Origin: Amoeboaphelidium protococcarum X5
Taxonomy: Eukaryota; Fungi; Aphelidiomycota
DNA length: 64,000 nucleotides
NCBI GenBank assembly: GCA_023515725.1
Contig: JALDTO010000215.1
Coordinates: 647,901 to 711,900 of the forward strand
Direction: 5' to 3'
Both the position numbers and the translations under genes were made by a program. The notes beneath the pieces were generated by a model. The model made no database searches, was not told the origin of the DNA, and saw only the letters and a program-made list of their open reading frames with translations. The stretch's first letter is position 1, and the number at the start of each line of letters is the position of its first letter. Of this stretch, positions 61,500 to 64,000 are shown in pieces.

Positions 61500-64000
61500 G
61501 CTATAATTTGAATTATCCCAATTTGGGTCACAAGATTTCGCGCGAGGTCACAAACAAACCATTAAACTTGTCACAAGAATTGTCACAGAATAACTAGAGT
61601 TATTTTAGTTATTCTAAAATTTTCCGGTACCGTTTATTCTTCATTGCTGTGACTGAGAATTGGCTGAAACAGTGCACGTTGTATTTCAAAGCCGAATTTT
61701 CTTGGACAATACCAAACATGACATTGATATTGCTCAGTATGCAGATATGTAAAGAATTTTTGAATCTTATAAAAATGTATTATAACAGAAGTCTATATTC
61801 AAGGTTACATGATAAATATATATATATAAAAAAGTCGACGCAAGCAAGTCATATATCAATTTCCCTGGACTTAATTTTCTTCTATAGATTGTCCAGTGAC
61901 AGCTTATCACCAAGGCGCTTTCGCTCCAAAGCAGTGAGAACGTCATTTTCCGAAAGTCCACTATCAATCTTACTCTGAATAAATTTGTATATAACTAAAC
62001 GCCTAGAAAAATGCTTCCTTTCACTGTCTTTGCTTCTCCACTTGGCCCCAAATTATTACTCCAATGATTCAACTGATGGATTACCACCAATGCCTTCTTT
62101 ATACTCCCTCCACACATCCTGAACAGTTGACAGCCCACGAGACATGGTATACTACTGCGGTGGAACAGCTCGAGCAGGTATAATATCAATGTTATCACCA
62201 ACTTGATCCTGTAAGACGTTAGGCGCATTCAAATCAATTTAAATAGGCGGCTAATGCAGCACATGATTAGCAGCTTATGGCTCAGCATATAACCGGACTG
62301 CAGTGCGTCCATTGAGTAAATCATTCAGAGTATTGCGCACTTGAGTATTTGAATGAGCATATTGTTCAACTTTATGATTCAAAACATCGATCTTACCGTG
62401 AAGTGAATGACCAACAGAATCGATCTTATTTACCAACTCTGGCATAGCCTGTTACAATCTCAATTCGGTAGGCGGTAGATTATTAACCCGAGCAGCAAGC
62501 AGTTACTCTTTATAATGCAAAAAATCCTGACTTCTAAATAGAGCATGATTAAAGAGAGTCTAATCTGGATACTAATCTTACATAATAGCCGCGTCCTACA
62601 AAACAACAATCCTCATGTACTTAAGCAGCTTAATAAACCCGGCGGTTGTCGTATGCGCTAGTTCTGCAATAACATACGTATCAATTTCTGGAAATATCAA
62701 TCTCTGTAAATGTTCAGGCGGATCAATTTATCCTCGATCTAAATAGAATGATCCGGAATCAGTAGGGAAACCAGCCAAAGATCTCATCGCTCCTCTGGGC
62801 AGTGCAGTCAAATAGCAGCCTTCCATCGCCTGGCTGTTCCATCTCCCCAAGCGCCGAATATCACCTTCAGACGCACCCTGCAACTCTGCCATACGTGCAC
62901 CTGCACCACGTCCAATGTGAGTCTTGGCACTGCTTTGAATGTTACAGGCCCTCAAGCACTTGTTGACAGCATTATAATGAGTCTGGTAAGTCATCTCTTC
63001 AGTAAGTCCACGAGCTCGACAAACTTTGATCTAAAACCAATCTTGAGGACTAGTCAAATCAGGAAACGGCTCATTAAAGTCATGCCAACGCTGAAATAAA
63101 TAAAGAGCCAATGCTCCGAAAGGGCATATTTCAACGCGCTTATTTCGGAGGCATGAGCCAAACTCTTTACGATTGAACTGATTGGTTTTGCCTTAACACA
63201 TGAGTACCAGTAATGCCCAACACTCAGTGAATCCTTCATTTTCCAATTTGATGGCATATAAATCAGCCAACTCCAAAGCTCTCAAAGACTCGCCACGTAA
63301 TAAGCAATAGTGCGCCATGAGGAACATAAATCTGTCACGCAGCCCGTTCCGACCTCCTGAGTTCATGAACCAATCTGCAATTCTCTGCAGCTCTTCGACA
63401 CTCGAATAGCCATCAGCTATGGTACCTGCTATTCTATCAGCATAATTGCGCCTATTTACCTAATCTTGTGCTCCTCTCACTTGATGAAGTAACTGCTTCA
63501 CTGCCGGAAAATCTCGAGGCGGAGGGTAGTTGTTCATGTTACGGAGCTTCTACTACTTATACAAATCTGTGATAGCTGCCACATATGAATTGACTGTAGG
63601 AGCACCAACAGTGACAGTGGGATCAGTTCTACTCGGTCTGCCAACCACCATATCGCTCACAAATGCATGCAATTTCTCCCCGGACACTGTATCTCTGTCT
63701 CTGAATTAACGTTCAGTACACCAATCTTGAAATTCAATCTGCTTTGGGTTGTAAGCCAAATTAGTATTCTCCGGCCTATTCTCCGCTGCCAGCTCATAAG
63801 TCTCCTGAGCCCTTTACTGCAGATACAGATCGTTTTCTCGATGTCTCTATTGAGTGGGTGATGATAGCATATTGTGTTGATGGTCAGGAAGCGAAAGAAA
63901 AGTTGACAAATTTTTCCGAGCGTGTTATTAGTACTCGTGTCACACATCGCCCGCGTCACACGGTCATGACCCGTTACGGCTTTTTTGTAATAAGTCCTAA
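61500..64000 (-). mobile_element. CryptonF-type DNA transposon; boundaries approximate, 5' end probably at or beyond the window edge
   Basis: YR plus GCR1_C is the established architecture of fungal/oomycete CryptonF. Clustered GTCACA motifs lie on both flanks and a palindrome at 61587-61615. Confidence 0.72.
61849..63870 (-). CDS. Crypton tyrosine recombinase (Ndc10_II-type YR plus C-terminal GCR1_C domain), intact, 673 aa
   Basis: NRPENTNLAYNPKQ, YVAAITDLY, GTIADGY, LLRGES, QGKTN, CPFGALALY, KTHIGR, LGRWN, CYLTALPR..AGF, LQDA, then YTMSRGLSTVQDVWREY..LEQQFGAKWR..FSRR. Confidence 0.93.

Overview
Gene-dense eukaryotic nuclear DNA from a fungus-related (early-branching holomycotan) organism that does not use the standard genetic code. 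TAA and TAG are read as Gln and TGA is the only stop (translation table 6), so the supplied ORF track is fragmented. TAR codons sit at invariant Gln positions of ATP synthase alpha, PP2A-B55, TYW1, ALG14, MEF2, GH38 and others, form poly-Q runs, and every complete gene ends in TGA. This combination fits the aphelid Amoeboaphelidium protococcarum, where TAR=Gln is already reported; the identification is my inference. Re-read by hand with table 6, the window holds about 30 tightly packed genes with 12 short spliceosomal introns. They include SIRT4, uL24m, ALKBH7, WNK, a subtilisin, PP2A B55, NOP53, MUS81, Trs65-like, ALG14, SKI3, CWC15, TYW1, PXA/PXC, ATP1, bL21m, a GH38 mannosidase, NOL8, a GNAT, VPS20, MEF2, a three-domain Vps10, an Msn2-like zinc finger, DNAJC7, a Ste11-like MAPKKK, PIG-X and several orphans. 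An intact Crypton tyrosine-recombinase element written in the host code lies at the right end. Most notable: the code itself, an almost invariant TGTAG 3' splice site, the intact Crypton with GTCACA arrays and a palindromic candidate recombination site, triple-Vps10 and WNK-SAM architectures, and an ORF with a single in-frame TGA. Coordinates come from manual translation and family calls from motif recognition; no database searches were run.
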